NCBI GenBank assembly: GCA_944323475.1
Contig: CALUSQ010000004.1
Location: 36,270 to 100,269 of the forward strand
Length of the DNA: 64,000 bases
Reading direction: 5' to 3'
Source: Candidatus Gastranaerophilales bacterium
GTDB taxonomy: Bacteria > Cyanobacteriota > Vampirovibrionia > Gastranaerophilales > Gastranaerophilaceae
A model generated the notes under the pieces. The model searched no databases, had not been told where the DNA came from, and saw only the letters and a program-made list of their open reading frames with translations. The translations under genes and the position numbers were made by a program. This document shows positions 40,001 to 51,045 of the stretch, in pieces. Each line of letters starts with the position of its first letter. Within the stretch, counting starts at the first letter, position 1.

Positions 40001-40563
40001 CTTATGACGAAGTTTCTGAAAGACAAAATGAATTAAAAACAAAAATTGATACACTGTCTAATGAAAAAAATCAGATTATGGACAGAATGCAGGGTTATGA
40101 AAACCTCAAAAAAGATACGTTTATGAATACATACAACAATATAAACGATAATTTTAAAGAGATATTTCATAAACTTTCGGAAGGTGAAGGAACTCTTATT
40201 TTGGATAATCCTGAATCTCCATTTACAGGCGGTATGTCAATAGAAGCTCAACCAAGAGACAAAGAAAAAACACGTTTGAATCTCATGTCCGGTGGAGAAA
40301 AATCGTTGACAGCATTGGCTTTTGTTTTTGCTATTCAAAGATATTTGCCAGCACCATTCTATGCGTTTGATGAGGTCGATGCAAACCTTGATGGTATAAA
40401 TGTTGAAAAACTTGCAGATATGGTAAAAACTCAAGCAGAAAATACGCAATTTGTAGTAGTTAGTCACCGTAAACCTATGATAGAATCAGCAAATAGGACT
40501 ATCGGTGTTACTCAAAAAGAAAAAGGAATTACCCGTGTAACGGGCGTCAAACTAAGGGACTAG
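37066..40563 (+). CDS. smc: chromosome segregation protein SMC
   Basis: 1165 aa. Walker A GPNGSGKSN, long coiled coils, a hinge (GVHATLAQLGQVDKEYSTALEVAMGG), signature LSGGEKSLTALAF and Walker B FYAFDEVDANLD. Confidence 0.95.
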   Translation: MYIKEVEIDNFKSFANKITIPFLKGFTTISGPNGSGKSNIIDSVLFALGLSTSRTLRAEKISQLISTHTRRNEAIVKVTFAPEEAEEKEFSVARKIKKSSQGYNSIYYLNDKIVTLTDVHSVLEKYNITPNSYNVIMQNDVMSITNCSDVERRKIIDEIAGVADFDRRIEQAQNELGTVEARVQNSLLILSEVETRLEQLKEEREIALKYQKLRDEKTELESKITAVKYFEIKKGLEHAHESILDSNKKKKEEEVKLKKLDAEMLTVKTKLDELSDLVKEKGEAEQIEVKKQVEEIKGQVDRKQAAINFAEKNIQDNLKTVENAKNGIENLNAKNEKNKFQIEEKEKEIKTLEEQRDAEKAKLLEMLQEVAGLSESADKYVAKRNELRKEFEQAKDEETKLIQAKAPMESELSSLLKSIEDAKQKIAELEDFKQNFAGNKDRVEVQVEELGKELEDFKIIQQNTMYELDKTKNELNDVQYNVQTAYRKISQMEAQKQAFDEMNFGRAVDTVLNAKIRGVHATLAQLGQVDKEYSTALEVAMGGRMANIVVDDDETAKIAIEVLKSANAGRATFLPLNKINKAPKSLKLPKDKGVIDFAINLIDFDDEYINVFFHALGETLVVDDYNSARKLIGQYRMVTLTGELFEKSGSISGGSQKKSGLKFSQTQDDELAKFKERLKGFEKQYAELERKKAELEEKLDKVRISYSNSMTAYNQAKLELSNLLKNSEENENNIKEKTTFIEETEPKIKKLEQELDKMESQHIELGEKTLKLEEEIKEIEEKMTPEELTNLKKLTESTENQIKQFESKIASCLNDIDGFNRAIAFQNDVIETHNKEIDRLYKDNETLAQDKEKYKVEIVDLNSKIEVLEVKIKELGEKLIEIQTERDAVNEQYLELDKQKNLINLNIEKIAEQIEAFKARRRELEPQLENVKEELKENGIDYTKLEEIEISVEEITGKIQRLQKRMDDLGDVNMRAIKSYDEVSERQNELKTKIDTLSNEKNQIMDRMQGYENLKKDTFMNTYNNINDNFKEIFHKLSEGEGTLILDNPESPFTGGMSIEAQPRDKEKTRLNLMSGGEKSLTALAFVFAIQRYLPAPFYAFDEVDANLDGINVEKLADMVKTQAENTQFVVVSHRKPMIESANRTIGVTQKEKGITRVTGVKLRD

Positions 40564-40568
40564 GATAA

Positions 40569-41444
40569 ATGACAGAGGCCGAAGCAAATCTACATCACGA
40601 ATTTTATGTACCAGAAGCATCAGCTTCATCTGTAGACAATATCGATGATTTGTCTATGATTTCTGCTGTTCAAAATGACCCGTCAGGGCAGGTTGATGGT
40701 ATAGAAATTCTTGTAAGTATGGCAAAATCAGGCAAAATTGACCCTTGGAATGTAGATATTGTTGATGTTACTGACAAATATCTTGCTCATCTTTTTCAAA
40801 TGAAAGCCCAAAATTTAAGACTTACAGGCAGAACTCTTCTTTTTGCCGCTATTTTGTTAAGATTGAAATCCAATGTTCTTGAAGGTATAGATATTAATCA
40901 AATAGAAGGCGTTGAAGAAGAAAATTACGATGAATTTGAGCTGGAAGATGATGGCTGGAATGATGATGAAATAAATACAAGTAATGTTATTTCTCTTGAT
41001 GAAGTTCTTCAAAGGAGAACCAGTGTAAGGCTAAATAGAAGCCGTATGGTTAATTTGAAAGACTTGATTAAACAATTACAATTTTATGAAGAACTTGATA
41101 GAAAACAGTCTCTCAAAAATGCTCATGAACGTGCAAAAAGACGTGTCCGTTCTTATGCAAGACTTACACCGGATGATATTGTAAATCTTGCTCACGATGA
41201 ATATATTGAAAAAAGTGTAGAAGTTTTGCATGAAAACTTAAAAAAGATTTTTGAAACACAAGACAAAGTTGAATTAAGCACTCTTACATTGTTGGGGTTG
41301 GATAAAATTTCTGCTTATATAGCTCTTTTATTTTTAACAGCAGAACCTGAAGCTGATATTGACCTTTATCAAGAAGAGTTTTATGGTGAACTTTATGCTG
41401 TTCCTTATAAAAAATCTGAAGATTTTGAAAAAGAAACAGCTTAA
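40569..41444 (+). CDS. scpA: segregation and condensation protein A (kleisin)
   Basis: 291 aa directly after smc. GKIDPWNVDIVDVTDKYLAHL and RLTGRTLLFAAILLRLKS are typical ScpA. Unusually long acidic N-terminus and linker. Confidence 0.8.
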   Translation: MTEAEANLHHEFYVPEASASSVDNIDDLSMISAVQNDPSGQVDGIEILVSMAKSGKIDPWNVDIVDVTDKYLAHLFQMKAQNLRLTGRTLLFAAILLRLKSNVLEGIDINQIEGVEEENYDEFELEDDGWNDDEINTSNVISLDEVLQRRTSVRLNRSRMVNLKDLIKQLQFYEELDRKQSLKNAHERAKRRVRSYARLTPDDIVNLAHDEYIEKSVEVLHENLKKIFETQDKVELSTLTLLGLDKISAYIALLFLTAEPEADIDLYQEEFYGELYAVPYKKSEDFEKETA

Positions 41445-41452
41445 AATTTAAT

Positions 41453-42259
41453 TTATTTTTTATCTTTTTTCATTATTATGTTTTTCTTGAGATATTCTTC
41501 TACATTGCTGGATATTTTTATATTTTGGATCCCAAGATTATATTTTTTAAGTTGTGCAAGTGTATCTTGTTCAGTCAAAAGATCTTTTTGGGGAATTTTG
41601 ATTGAATTTTTTATATCTTCAAATCCATGAGATGCTTTTGCTCCAGAGGCTATTTTTAATATGATATCATCAATATTTTCAGAATTTATGCCGTATTTTT
41701 GCCCGAGCTCTTTAACACTGATACCGTATGGTAATTTATAAAGCCATTGCAAAGAAGTTGCATCTCTTTGTGATAATTTTACAACACCATATTTATGAGG
41801 AGTGTACATTATATCTGAATCATAAGGGCTGTGGCCTAGACCCAGAGAATGTCCTATTTCATGGAGTATTGTGTGATAAACTTCATTTTCATCTTGATAC
41901 TGATGATGCAATATGCCGTCAGAAAGACCTATTTGTACTTCTGCACTGTACAGACGACTGTTATTGTCAAAGTGAAAATAACAATGACCCAAAGCTTTTC
42001 TATCTACTCTTTTCCAGTCAAGATTGACTTGTGATTCATTGAGGGTGTTTACTACTTTAAATTTAACTTTTCCGCCACTGACTTTTTCCCACTCTTGCAA
42101 AGCACGTTTTACCATAGCTTGATAAATATAGCTGTCATTGCCGCTTTTGGCATACCATCTGAATGGCGCTATATAAAATTTCAGAGGAAAACAGCTTTCC
42201 GGCCATCTTACTATGCGATTTTCTTTTAAATTGTCTTGTAAATAGGTAATGTGCTGCAT
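41453..42259 (-). CDS. matrixin-like (M10, metzincin) zinc metalloprotease, no obvious signal peptide
   Basis: 268 aa. HEIGHSLGLGHS extended zinc motif (HExxHxxGxxH) with a downstream DIMY Met-turn candidate. Confidence 0.8.
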   Translation of the reverse strand: MQHITYLQDNLKENRIVRWPESCFPLKFYIAPFRWYAKSGNDSYIYQAMVKRALQEWEKVSGGKVKFKVVNTLNESQVNLDWKRVDRKALGHCYFHFDNNSRLYSAEVQIGLSDGILHHQYQDENEVYHTILHEIGHSLGLGHSPYDSDIMYTPHKYGVVKLSQRDATSLQWLYKLPYGISVKELGQKYGINSENIDDIILKIASGAKASHGFEDIKNSIKIPQKDLLTEQDTLAQLKKYNLGIQNIKISSNVEEYLKKNIIMKKDKK

Positions 42260-42296
42260 TTTATTTGTTTACTTTTAATATCTTATTGTATTAATT

Positions 42297-43679
42297 TTAT
42301 ATTTTGTTTGTCATAAGTGCAAAAATATCATTAAAAACAATTAACAACATCAAAATAATCAAAAGCAAGAAAAAGAAGTTGCTAACCTGTGCAATGACTT
42401 TTTCGTCTAAAGGTTTGCCTTTAATTTTTTCTATTAATAAGAACAAAAGATGTCCGCCATCCAATGCAGGGATTGGCAACAGGTTCATAACAGCAAGGTT
42501 AATACTTATTATGGCAGTTAAAAGTAATCCGTTGAACAAACCTGACTCTTGAATCATATCTCCACCAACTTTTGTTATTGCAACAATGCCATGAAGTTCT
42601 TTCATTGGGATTTGTCCTGTGAATAGTTTGCCTAAACCAAGCAATGTCAAATCAGTAACTCTGTAGGTATATGCGATAGAAGATTCTAAAATTTCTTTTG
42701 GTGTATTTGCACTTAAAAGAATTTCTTCAAGATTTTGTTGTATTCCTATAACACCTTTTTCATCAGAATAAATCGGTTTTAGATTTACTTCTTTTTCTGC
42801 ACCGTTTATTTTTCTGATTACAGTAAAATGCATCGGTTTTTTTGTATCAGAAAGAGCCAACGCAATATCTTCAAGAGAATATTTTCCATCAGAGTTATAA
42901 ATATTTTTGCCTTGAATATTATCTCTCAATGTTAGCTGGTTGTTATCAAGTTTTAAGTCATCTTTTTTAACTTTTTCAATACCCATTGAAGCAGCTTTTG
43001 TCAGTTTTATTTCTTTTTCATCTTCAATAGGAATGAGATTGATTTTTGTATCTTTTTCTATAAGGCTTTTTGTATCTGTTATTTTCGGATTTTTTTCTTT
43101 TAATTTGTTTAGGACTTTTTTATAAGTTTCACCGGCAACATACCCGTCATGATATTTGCTTTCTGTAGCATATTTGTTTATTTGAAACGGTTGAAAAATT
43201 TCAGAACCGTTGATTTTATAAATCCTATCCCCCTTTTTTAATCCTGAATAATGAACAGAAGCAGTTTTTGGTGCGGTAATTTGTGCTACTGTGATGTTGT
43301 ATTTTCCGGCAGGCAGTTTATGCCAAACGGAGGCAGCAAAAATAACAAGAAAAATTGCACACAAAACATTTGCAATTACGCCTGCTGAGACTACTATAGT
43401 TCTTTTCCAAATCGGTTTGTTTTTAAACAAATCTTCCGGTTTTGTTTCATCTTTTGTATCAGGATCATCATCGGGAAATGCTACATAACCGCCTAATAAA
43501 AGAGCATGTACCAAAATCTCTGTATCACCTATTTTCCCTTTAAAAAGGGTTGGTCCAAAAGGAAGCCCAAAACCAAATTTGTCTACTTTTATTCCCAAAA
43601 CTCTTGCTGACATAAAATGTCCGAGTTCGTGTACAAGTATCAAAAAGCTTATTAAAAGCAGCATTATAACTATGTTCAT
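42297..43679 (-). CDS. rseP: RIP site-2 metalloprotease RseP (M50 family, PDZ-containing)
   Basis: 460 aa. HELGHFMSAR near the N-terminus, a central PDZ-like region, and C-terminal NLLPIPALDGGHL. Confidence 0.85.
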   Translation of the reverse strand: MNIVIMLLLISFLILVHELGHFMSARVLGIKVDKFGFGLPFGPTLFKGKIGDTEILVHALLLGGYVAFPDDDPDTKDETKPEDLFKNKPIWKRTIVVSAGVIANVLCAIFLVIFAASVWHKLPAGKYNITVAQITAPKTASVHYSGLKKGDRIYKINGSEIFQPFQINKYATESKYHDGYVAGETYKKVLNKLKEKNPKITDTKSLIEKDTKINLIPIEDEKEIKLTKAASMGIEKVKKDDLKLDNNQLTLRDNIQGKNIYNSDGKYSLEDIALALSDTKKPMHFTVIRKINGAEKEVNLKPIYSDEKGVIGIQQNLEEILLSANTPKEILESSIAYTYRVTDLTLLGLGKLFTGQIPMKELHGIVAITKVGGDMIQESGLFNGLLLTAIISINLAVMNLLPIPALDGGHLLFLLIEKIKGKPLDEKVIAQVSNFFFLLLIILMLLIVFNDIFALMTNKI

Positions 43680-43734
43680 AAATTTCTCTCTTCAAAATAT
43701 GTATAGCTTTATTTTAACATATTATAATTATTAT

Positions 43735-44394
43735 ATGATTAAAATTTTGTCACAATTACTCGATTTGATATATAAAAAGCGTTGTTATTTTTGCGGATGT
43801 TCTAAAGAAAACACAAAAATGTGTTCAAAGTGTTTTCAAAAAATAAAAATTTTACCGTCTAAGATTATTAAAAATATAGATAAAATACCTGTTTATAGTG
43901 CAACAGTGTATGAAAAAGAAGTTCAAAAACTTATAAGAGGCATAAAATATCACAGACAAAAAGAACTTGCTTTTTTTCAAGCCAAAATTATGTATGATTT
44001 TTGGAAAAAATTGTCTATTAGTGAAAACAAGTACACAATTGTCCCTGTCCCTCTTTTTGTTGAAAGAGAAAAAAAGAGAAAATACAATCAAATGGTTCTT
44101 GTTGCACAAGAGTTTTCTAATTTGACAGGTTATGATGTTAATACAAAATTGATAAAACGTGTAAAAAATACAAAACCTCAGTACAAACTTTCTAAAAATG
44201 AGCGTGAAAAAAATCTTAAAGATGCTTTTTTGTGTAATTTAGAAAATTATAACAATGAAAAAATTTTGATAATTGATGATATTCTGACAACAGGCAGTAC
44301 AGCTAAAGAAATAATAAAAACCCTAAAAACAGCCGATTTGAAAGACATAACGGTTTTTGTCACAAGTTGTACAGAATACAATTTGAATTTTTAA
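43735..44394 (+). CDS. comF: ComF-family phosphoribosyltransferase-domain protein
   Basis: The track ORF (43579) overlaps the rseP start; I prefer the ATG at 43735. Zinc-finger-like CYFCG...CSKC and PRTase motif ILIIDDILTTGST. Confidence 0.8.
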   Translation: MIKILSQLLDLIYKKRCYFCGCSKENTKMCSKCFQKIKILPSKIIKNIDKIPVYSATVYEKEVQKLIRGIKYHRQKELAFFQAKIMYDFWKKLSISENKYTIVPVPLFVEREKKRKYNQMVLVAQEFSNLTGYDVNTKLIKRVKNTKPQYKLSKNEREKNLKDAFLCNLENYNNEKILIIDDILTTGSTAKEIIKTLKTADLKDITVFVTSCTEYNLNF

Positions 44395-44395
44395 A

Positions 44396-45823
44396 TTATT
44401 TAAAAAATTCTTTTAATTTTTCAATTTTTTCTTTTGAATCTGACTCAAAGTAAATTCTTAAAAGAGGTTCTGTTCCGCTCGGACGGATGAGAATCCAAGT
44501 TTTTTCATCGTTGAGATAATATTTTACACCATCTTTTGTATCTTTTTCTTTAATACGAAATTCATCTATTTTGTCCAATGATGAATATTTTTGCATTAAT
44601 TCTTTTAATTGAGAATTGTTTTCAAGTTTTACATCGATACGTTCATTAATAAAAGTGCAACCTGCCTTTTGGTGAAGTTCTTCTTGTAATTCCCATAGAG
44701 GTTTATCTTCGTATGCAATCATTTCTAATACAAGCAAATCAGCTAAGATACCGTCTTTTTCCGGGATATGACCTTTAATGCTTAAACCCCCTGATTCTTC
44801 TCCGCCAATGATAGTATCATATTCTCTCATAGCTGCACCTACCCATTTGAAACCTACTGGTGTTTCTATCACATCAATATTGTAGTTTTTAGCTATGATA
44901 TCAAGCATTTGACTTGCACCGACTGTTTTGACAAGTTTTCCGCTATAACCTTTATTTTTAATCAGGTGTCCCAAAAGTAGTGCTATAATTTCATTTGGTG
45001 TTACGTATTCTGCTTTTTCATTTATCACACCAAAACGATCACCATCTCCATCATTGCTTAATCCGATAGCATTAGTTCTTCTTGCAATGGTTAGGATAAG
45101 TTCTTGAAGGTATTTTGCTTTTGGTTCAGGCATGCCTCCGCCAAAATTTGGATCATGTTCCATGTGAAGAGTTTCACAGCTTATGCCGTTTCTTTTTAAA
45201 AGTTCGTCAAAATAACCTATACTTGCGCTGTATAAACCATCATAAATAATTTCACCGTCGTCATCTTCACGTGTAAAATATTCTTTGATTTTTTCAAAAT
45301 CAATAATATTTTCAATATGTTCAAAATAAGGTTCTTTAAAAGATTTTCTTTCTATTTCAAATATTTCTTGAGCATCAAAAGAAATCTCTTTTACATTTTT
45401 TATGTTTTCTACAATAGCATTTGTTATTTCTGTAGTTGCAGGCCCTGCATAGTCTGGAATAAATTTAATTCCCAAATATTCCGGAGGGTTGTGTGATGCA
45501 GTAAACATCATTGCGTTGGCTTTTAAATGTTTTGCATTGTATGCAAGAACAGGAGTTGGAACAACACTTTCGGAAAGTGTGACTTTAAAACCTGCTTTTT
45601 GAAGTATTTGTGCACTTTGCATCGCAAATTCATCAGCTTTGTTTCTTGGGTCATAACCTATTATTATCGGTTTTTTTATTCCATCATTTTTTAGAATATA
45701 TTTTGCAATGGCTTTTGTAACAATTTCAACATTTTCTTTATTAAAATCTTTGCCTACAATAGCTCTCCAGCCGTCCGTACCGAATTTTATCTGTGCAGTG
45801 TCTCCGTCTGATGAATTTGTCAT
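44396..45823 (-). CDS. alpha-D-phosphohexomutase (phosphoglucomutase/phosphomannomutase family)
   Basis: 475 aa. FGTDGWRA, active-site TASHNPPEYLGIK, metal loop SNDGDGDRFG, and GGEESGG. Confidence 0.85.
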   Translation of the reverse strand: MTNSSDGDTAQIKFGTDGWRAIVGKDFNKENVEIVTKAIAKYILKNDGIKKPIIIGYDPRNKADEFAMQSAQILQKAGFKVTLSESVVPTPVLAYNAKHLKANAMMFTASHNPPEYLGIKFIPDYAGPATTEITNAIVENIKNVKEISFDAQEIFEIERKSFKEPYFEHIENIIDFEKIKEYFTREDDDGEIIYDGLYSASIGYFDELLKRNGISCETLHMEHDPNFGGGMPEPKAKYLQELILTIARRTNAIGLSNDGDGDRFGVINEKAEYVTPNEIIALLLGHLIKNKGYSGKLVKTVGASQMLDIIAKNYNIDVIETPVGFKWVGAAMREYDTIIGGEESGGLSIKGHIPEKDGILADLLVLEMIAYEDKPLWELQEELHQKAGCTFINERIDVKLENNSQLKELMQKYSSLDKIDEFRIKEKDTKDGVKYYLNDEKTWILIRPSGTEPLLRIYFESDSKEKIEKLKEFFK

Positions 45824-45900
45824 TTTTTAAACCTTTTTGTACAATAATTTAATTAACAACTATATTATTTTATTCTACCAAAGAAATTGCTGACAGCCAA

Positions 45901-46755
45901 ATGATTGAAATAAATAAACAAATTGATGAAATACTTTTTTTAGGTCCGCAAGGTACATATTGTGAAATGGCAAAAAATCAATTTTGTCTTTATTTAGGTG
46001 AAAAAAATATTGTTCACAAACCGTTTTCTACTGTAAAAAGCATAATAGAATACATTGATGAACACGAAAATGCAGCGGCTGTTATACCGATTGAAAATTC
46101 TGTTGAAGGTATAGTGAGAGAAAGTATAGATAATCTTTTTTCGGTTAAAGATAACAATCTTCAAATTACAGCTGAAACAGTTATTCCTGTAAACCATTGT
46201 TTGATATCAAAAGCAAAAGATATTAATAAAATAAAAAAGATACTTTCACATCCGCAAGCTCTTGCACAGTGTAGAAAATTTTTGTCAAAAACTTTTGATA
46301 ATGTTGAACAAATAGAAAAAGCATCAACAAGCAAAGCAGCAAAAGAACTTTTGGAGCTTGATGAAACTTATGCCGCTATAGCCAATAAAAGATGTGCAGA
46401 GATTTTTGGTTTGAATGTTTTGGCAAAAAATATTAATGACGAAACGGATAACAAAACAAGGTTTATCTTTGTATCTCGTGCAAAAACTACGCCGACTGAT
46501 TCTGACAAAACAAGTATAGCCTTTGTTACTAAAAACACATCAGGTGCGTTGGTAAAGGTTTTGAATGTTTTTGACAGTCTTGATATAAATTTGCTTTATA
46601 TAGATTCAAGACCATCTAAAAAACATCTTGGAGAATATGTATTTTTTACTGATTTTGAGGGACATATCAGCGAAGAACGCTCTCAAAAAGTTTTGGATTT
46701 GATAAAATTGAATACAAATTATATTAAAATTCTTGGTTCTTATAGAAGATTTTAA
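45901..46755 (+). CDS. pheA: prephenate dehydratase (with ACT domain)
   Basis: 284 aa. LGPQGTYCE, NKTRFIFV, and ACT-domain IDSRPSKKHLGEYVFFTDFEGH. Confidence 0.85.
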   Translation: MIEINKQIDEILFLGPQGTYCEMAKNQFCLYLGEKNIVHKPFSTVKSIIEYIDEHENAAAVIPIENSVEGIVRESIDNLFSVKDNNLQITAETVIPVNHCLISKAKDINKIKKILSHPQALAQCRKFLSKTFDNVEQIEKASTSKAAKELLELDETYAAIANKRCAEIFGLNVLAKNINDETDNKTRFIFVSRAKTTPTDSDKTSIAFVTKNTSGALVKVLNVFDSLDINLLYIDSRPSKKHLGEYVFFTDFEGHISEERSQKVLDLIKLNTNYIKILGSYRRF

Positions 46756-46814
46756 AATCCACGTATCAAAATGCTTGTAAATTCCTCCTTTTACATCATT
46801 TCAAAATTTAATGT

Positions 46815-46843
46815 TTGTATAAAAATGATTAAAATTGTATAAT
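46815..46843 (+). promoter_or_regulatory. sigma70-like promoter for atpD-atpC
   Basis: TTGTAT (46815-46820), 17 nt spacer, TATAAT (46838-46843). Confidence 0.5.
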
Positions 46844-46871
46844 TACTATAAGAATTTAAACATAAAGGTAG

Positions 46872-48290
<1,419 letters not shown>

Positions 48291-48320
48291 AAAACGCATA
48301 AGAATCTGTGAAGGTTAAAT

Positions 48321-48725
48321 ATGACAAAAAAAATAAATCTTAAAATAATCACTCATGAAAAAGAAGTCTACAATGATAGAGTTGATGCTATCTACTCTAA
48401 AAGTGTAGAAGGTGAATTTGGTATTTTGCCTGATCACCAACCATTCATGGCAGCGTTAGACATTGGCGTCACTAGAGCTGAAATAGACGGAAAGCAAGAA
48501 GCTTTTACTACCATGGGCGGTATTTTTCAATTTAAAAACAATGAAGCATTGATTTTGACTGATCTTGCAGAAAAAGGTTCTGACATTGATGTAACCAGAG
48601 CAAAATCTGCAAAAGAAAGAGCTGAGGCAAGACTTGGCTCTCATGAAGTTGAAATTGACAATGCCAGAGCTCAAATGGCGCTTGCAAAAGCTATGGCAAG
48701 GCTTAAAGCTGCAAGTCAAAAATAA
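48321..48725 (+). CDS. atpC: F1 ATP synthase epsilon subunit
   Basis: 134 aa directly after atpD. GEFGILPDHQPFM and a helical C-terminal hairpin. Confidence 0.9.
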   Translation: MTKKINLKIITHEKEVYNDRVDAIYSKSVEGEFGILPDHQPFMAALDIGVTRAEIDGKQEAFTTMGGIFQFKNNEALILTDLAEKGSDIDVTRAKSAKERAEARLGSHEVEIDNARAQMALAKAMARLKAASQK

Positions 48726-48739
48726 TTATTTAAATAATT

Positions 48740-49684
48740 TTAATCAACAATCCTTGCGCCATGAGGTTCTACCTCAAGTGTAAGGATTTTTGATTTTACA
48801 TTCAAATTATCCCAAACTTTTGATACGGTTTCTCTGATTTTATTTAAATTATTGCCATGAGAAATAACTAAAATAGATGGACCAGCACCGCTTATTACAA
48901 CACCCATGACATTTTCTTCGTGTTTTAAAGCTTCATTGATTTCTTTTAATCCTGGGATTAATTTTTCTCTGTATTGTTGATGAAGTTTGTCATGAAGAGC
49001 AATTTTCATTAATTTTTCATCATGAGTATTTACTGCTTGAATCAGCATTGCTGCATGTTTTAGATTAAAAATGGCATCTTTCATAGGAACTTCTGCAGGA
49101 AGTACAGAGCGGGCAATGCTTGTTGAAAGTTCGTAATCAGGTATACAAACAGTTATGTTCCAATCTTTTGGCCAGTTAATCTTTGAATATACAACACTGC
49201 CATCTTCTTCAAGAGAAGAGATAACAAAACCACCAACTACAGCAGGAGTAATGTTGTCAGGATGATTTTCAATTTCGGTTGCTATTGAAAGAAGAGCTGC
49301 TTCATCAGCTGGTTTTCCCAAAAGTTCATTAGCTGCAATTAATCCCCCAACAATTACTGCAGCAGAGCTTCCTAAACCTCTTGCTATAGGAATTTGTGTT
49401 TTTATTGTAATTTTCAATTCACTTGGTGTTTGACCTATAGAGTTATATAAAAGTTCGATAGCTTTGTATACAATATTGTTTTCATCTGTGGGTATTGAGA
49501 TAATATCTTGTTCTTGAGTTTCATCAATGATATTAATTTCAATGCCTGTTCCTGGCATGATAGTTTCTTCTACTGTTATAATGTTATAAATCGGTAGGGC
49601 TAAACCAAGAGAATCAAATCCCGGACCCAAATTTGCTGTTGTAGCAGGTACTTTTACACTAACTTTCATACTTTCCCTAATCAA
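48740..49684 (-). CDS. thrB: homoserine kinase
   Basis: 314 aa. PATTANLGPGFDSLGLAL and GHMP-kinase motif PIARGLGSSAA. Confidence 0.9.
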   Translation of the reverse strand: MIRESMKVSVKVPATTANLGPGFDSLGLALPIYNIITVEETIMPGTGIEINIIDETQEQDIISIPTDENNIVYKAIELLYNSIGQTPSELKITIKTQIPIARGLGSSAAVIVGGLIAANELLGKPADEAALLSIATEIENHPDNITPAVVGGFVISSLEEDGSVVYSKINWPKDWNITVCIPDYELSTSIARSVLPAEVPMKDAIFNLKHAAMLIQAVNTHDEKLMKIALHDKLHQQYREKLIPGLKEINEALKHEENVMGVVISGAGPSILVISHGNNLNKIRETVSKVWDNLNVKSKILTLEVEPHGARIVD

Positions 49685-49730
49685 TATTTATTTTCAAGGA
49701 AATTATAACATAAGCATAAAATTAATGAAT

Positions 49731-51044
49731 TTATGTATTAAATTCTTTTATCAAATGTTCAATCCAACGGAAAATACTCAAAAGTTCATATGGTTTTGGA
49801 AGATATAAATCTGCTCCTGTATTAAGAATCAATTTTTTGTCATGAATAATTGTAGATAAAATGACTTTTATATCTTTCATTTTTTCTTCATTTTTAATTC
49901 TTTTACAAAAACTTAAACCTTCCAAAGATTCAGCGTCTCCTGCATCAAGAATAATCAATGCCGGTTCAAAAGTTTTTATTAAAGTATAAGAAGATTTGTA
50001 ATCATGAGCAGAAGCAACTTCGTATCCTTGCATTTTTGCAGTAGTTTGCAACAAAAGATTCAAAGCGTCATCAGGTTCTATTATTAAAATTTTATTATTG
50101 TAATTTTTGTTTAAAACAGAATCTTGAGCACTAATTTTTGGTCTTTCAGCAATATAGGCTGATTTTGTTTTCATACTTGCCAATTTACAAGTATTAATCA
50201 ATGCAGACATAGCGTTGCTAACGTTATCATAGTTTTGAGATTCACTGAAAACTATGCCTATAGCTGTTGAAACAAGTTCTATTTTTTTTCCCGCATTATC
50301 ATCACCATAAAGAATAATATATCCTTGTTTTGCATCTTCTTCGTTGTAGAATTTTTCTACAATAGAATCAAAAGCATAAACTAAAAATGAGGCAACATGT
50401 TCTGCTTTTAGCGGATTTGTCAGTATTAAAAATTCACCGTCGGAAAGCTCACCTAAAAAATCGTTTTCATCAAGTGAAGAATTCATTATAGCTGTATATG
50501 TCTGAAGCATTTTGTCAGAAGCCAAATCACCGTATATTTCTCTATATGCTTGAAAATTATTGATTTTTAAAAACATTGCAGCCCATTTTTTGTTTTGAGC
50601 AATTGTTCTTTTAAAGACTCTTAAAGATGATTTAATCTCAGGTAATTGAGTTATTTCATCATTAAGATTTTCAAAATGGCGTCTCAAATGAGCATTTATA
50701 CGTGCTTTAAACTCTTCTGATTCAATAGGTTCGCTCAAAAAATCATCTGCACCTGATTCTAAAACATTCAATTTATCTTGAAGTTCAGAAGATTTTGAAA
50801 GAGCAATTATACAAGGTCTTGATGGATAAGATAACATTCTGAGTTTTTTAATAATATCTGACAAATTAATATCCATACTATCAGATACAATAACCATGTC
50901 AGGTTCATATTCTGTCAGTATTTCCATTGCTGTTTCAAAACTTCCTGTTGAAAGCACACTCGAACCGCTGCTTTCAATGATTTTTTTATATTTTGCAGGT
51001 AATTCTTTTCTTTTATCTAAAATTAATACAAGTTTGGATAACAT
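49731..51044 (-). CDS. response regulator, REC / degenerate GGDEF-like / REC
   Basis: The track ORF extends to 51110. I prefer the ATG at 51044, preceded by GGAGGA and 1 nt after the kinase stop. N-terminal REC-like domain, central domain with GELSDGEFLILT in place of GGDEF, and a C-terminal REC (ILIIEPDD...LIILD...LPKP). Confidence 0.75.
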   Translation of the reverse strand: MLSKLVLILDKRKELPAKYKKIIESSGSSVLSTGSFETAMEILTEYEPDMVIVSDSMDINLSDIIKKLRMLSYPSRPCIIALSKSSELQDKLNVLESGADDFLSEPIESEEFKARINAHLRRHFENLNDEITQLPEIKSSLRVFKRTIAQNKKWAAMFLKINNFQAYREIYGDLASDKMLQTYTAIMNSSLDENDFLGELSDGEFLILTNPLKAEHVASFLVYAFDSIVEKFYNEEDAKQGYIILYGDDNAGKKIELVSTAIGIVFSESQNYDNVSNAMSALINTCKLASMKTKSAYIAERPKISAQDSVLNKNYNNKILIIEPDDALNLLLQTTAKMQGYEVASAHDYKSSYTLIKTFEPALIILDAGDAESLEGLSFCKRIKNEEKMKDIKVILSTIIHDKKLILNTGADLYLPKPYELLSIFRWIEHLIKEFNT

Positions 51045-51045
51045 A

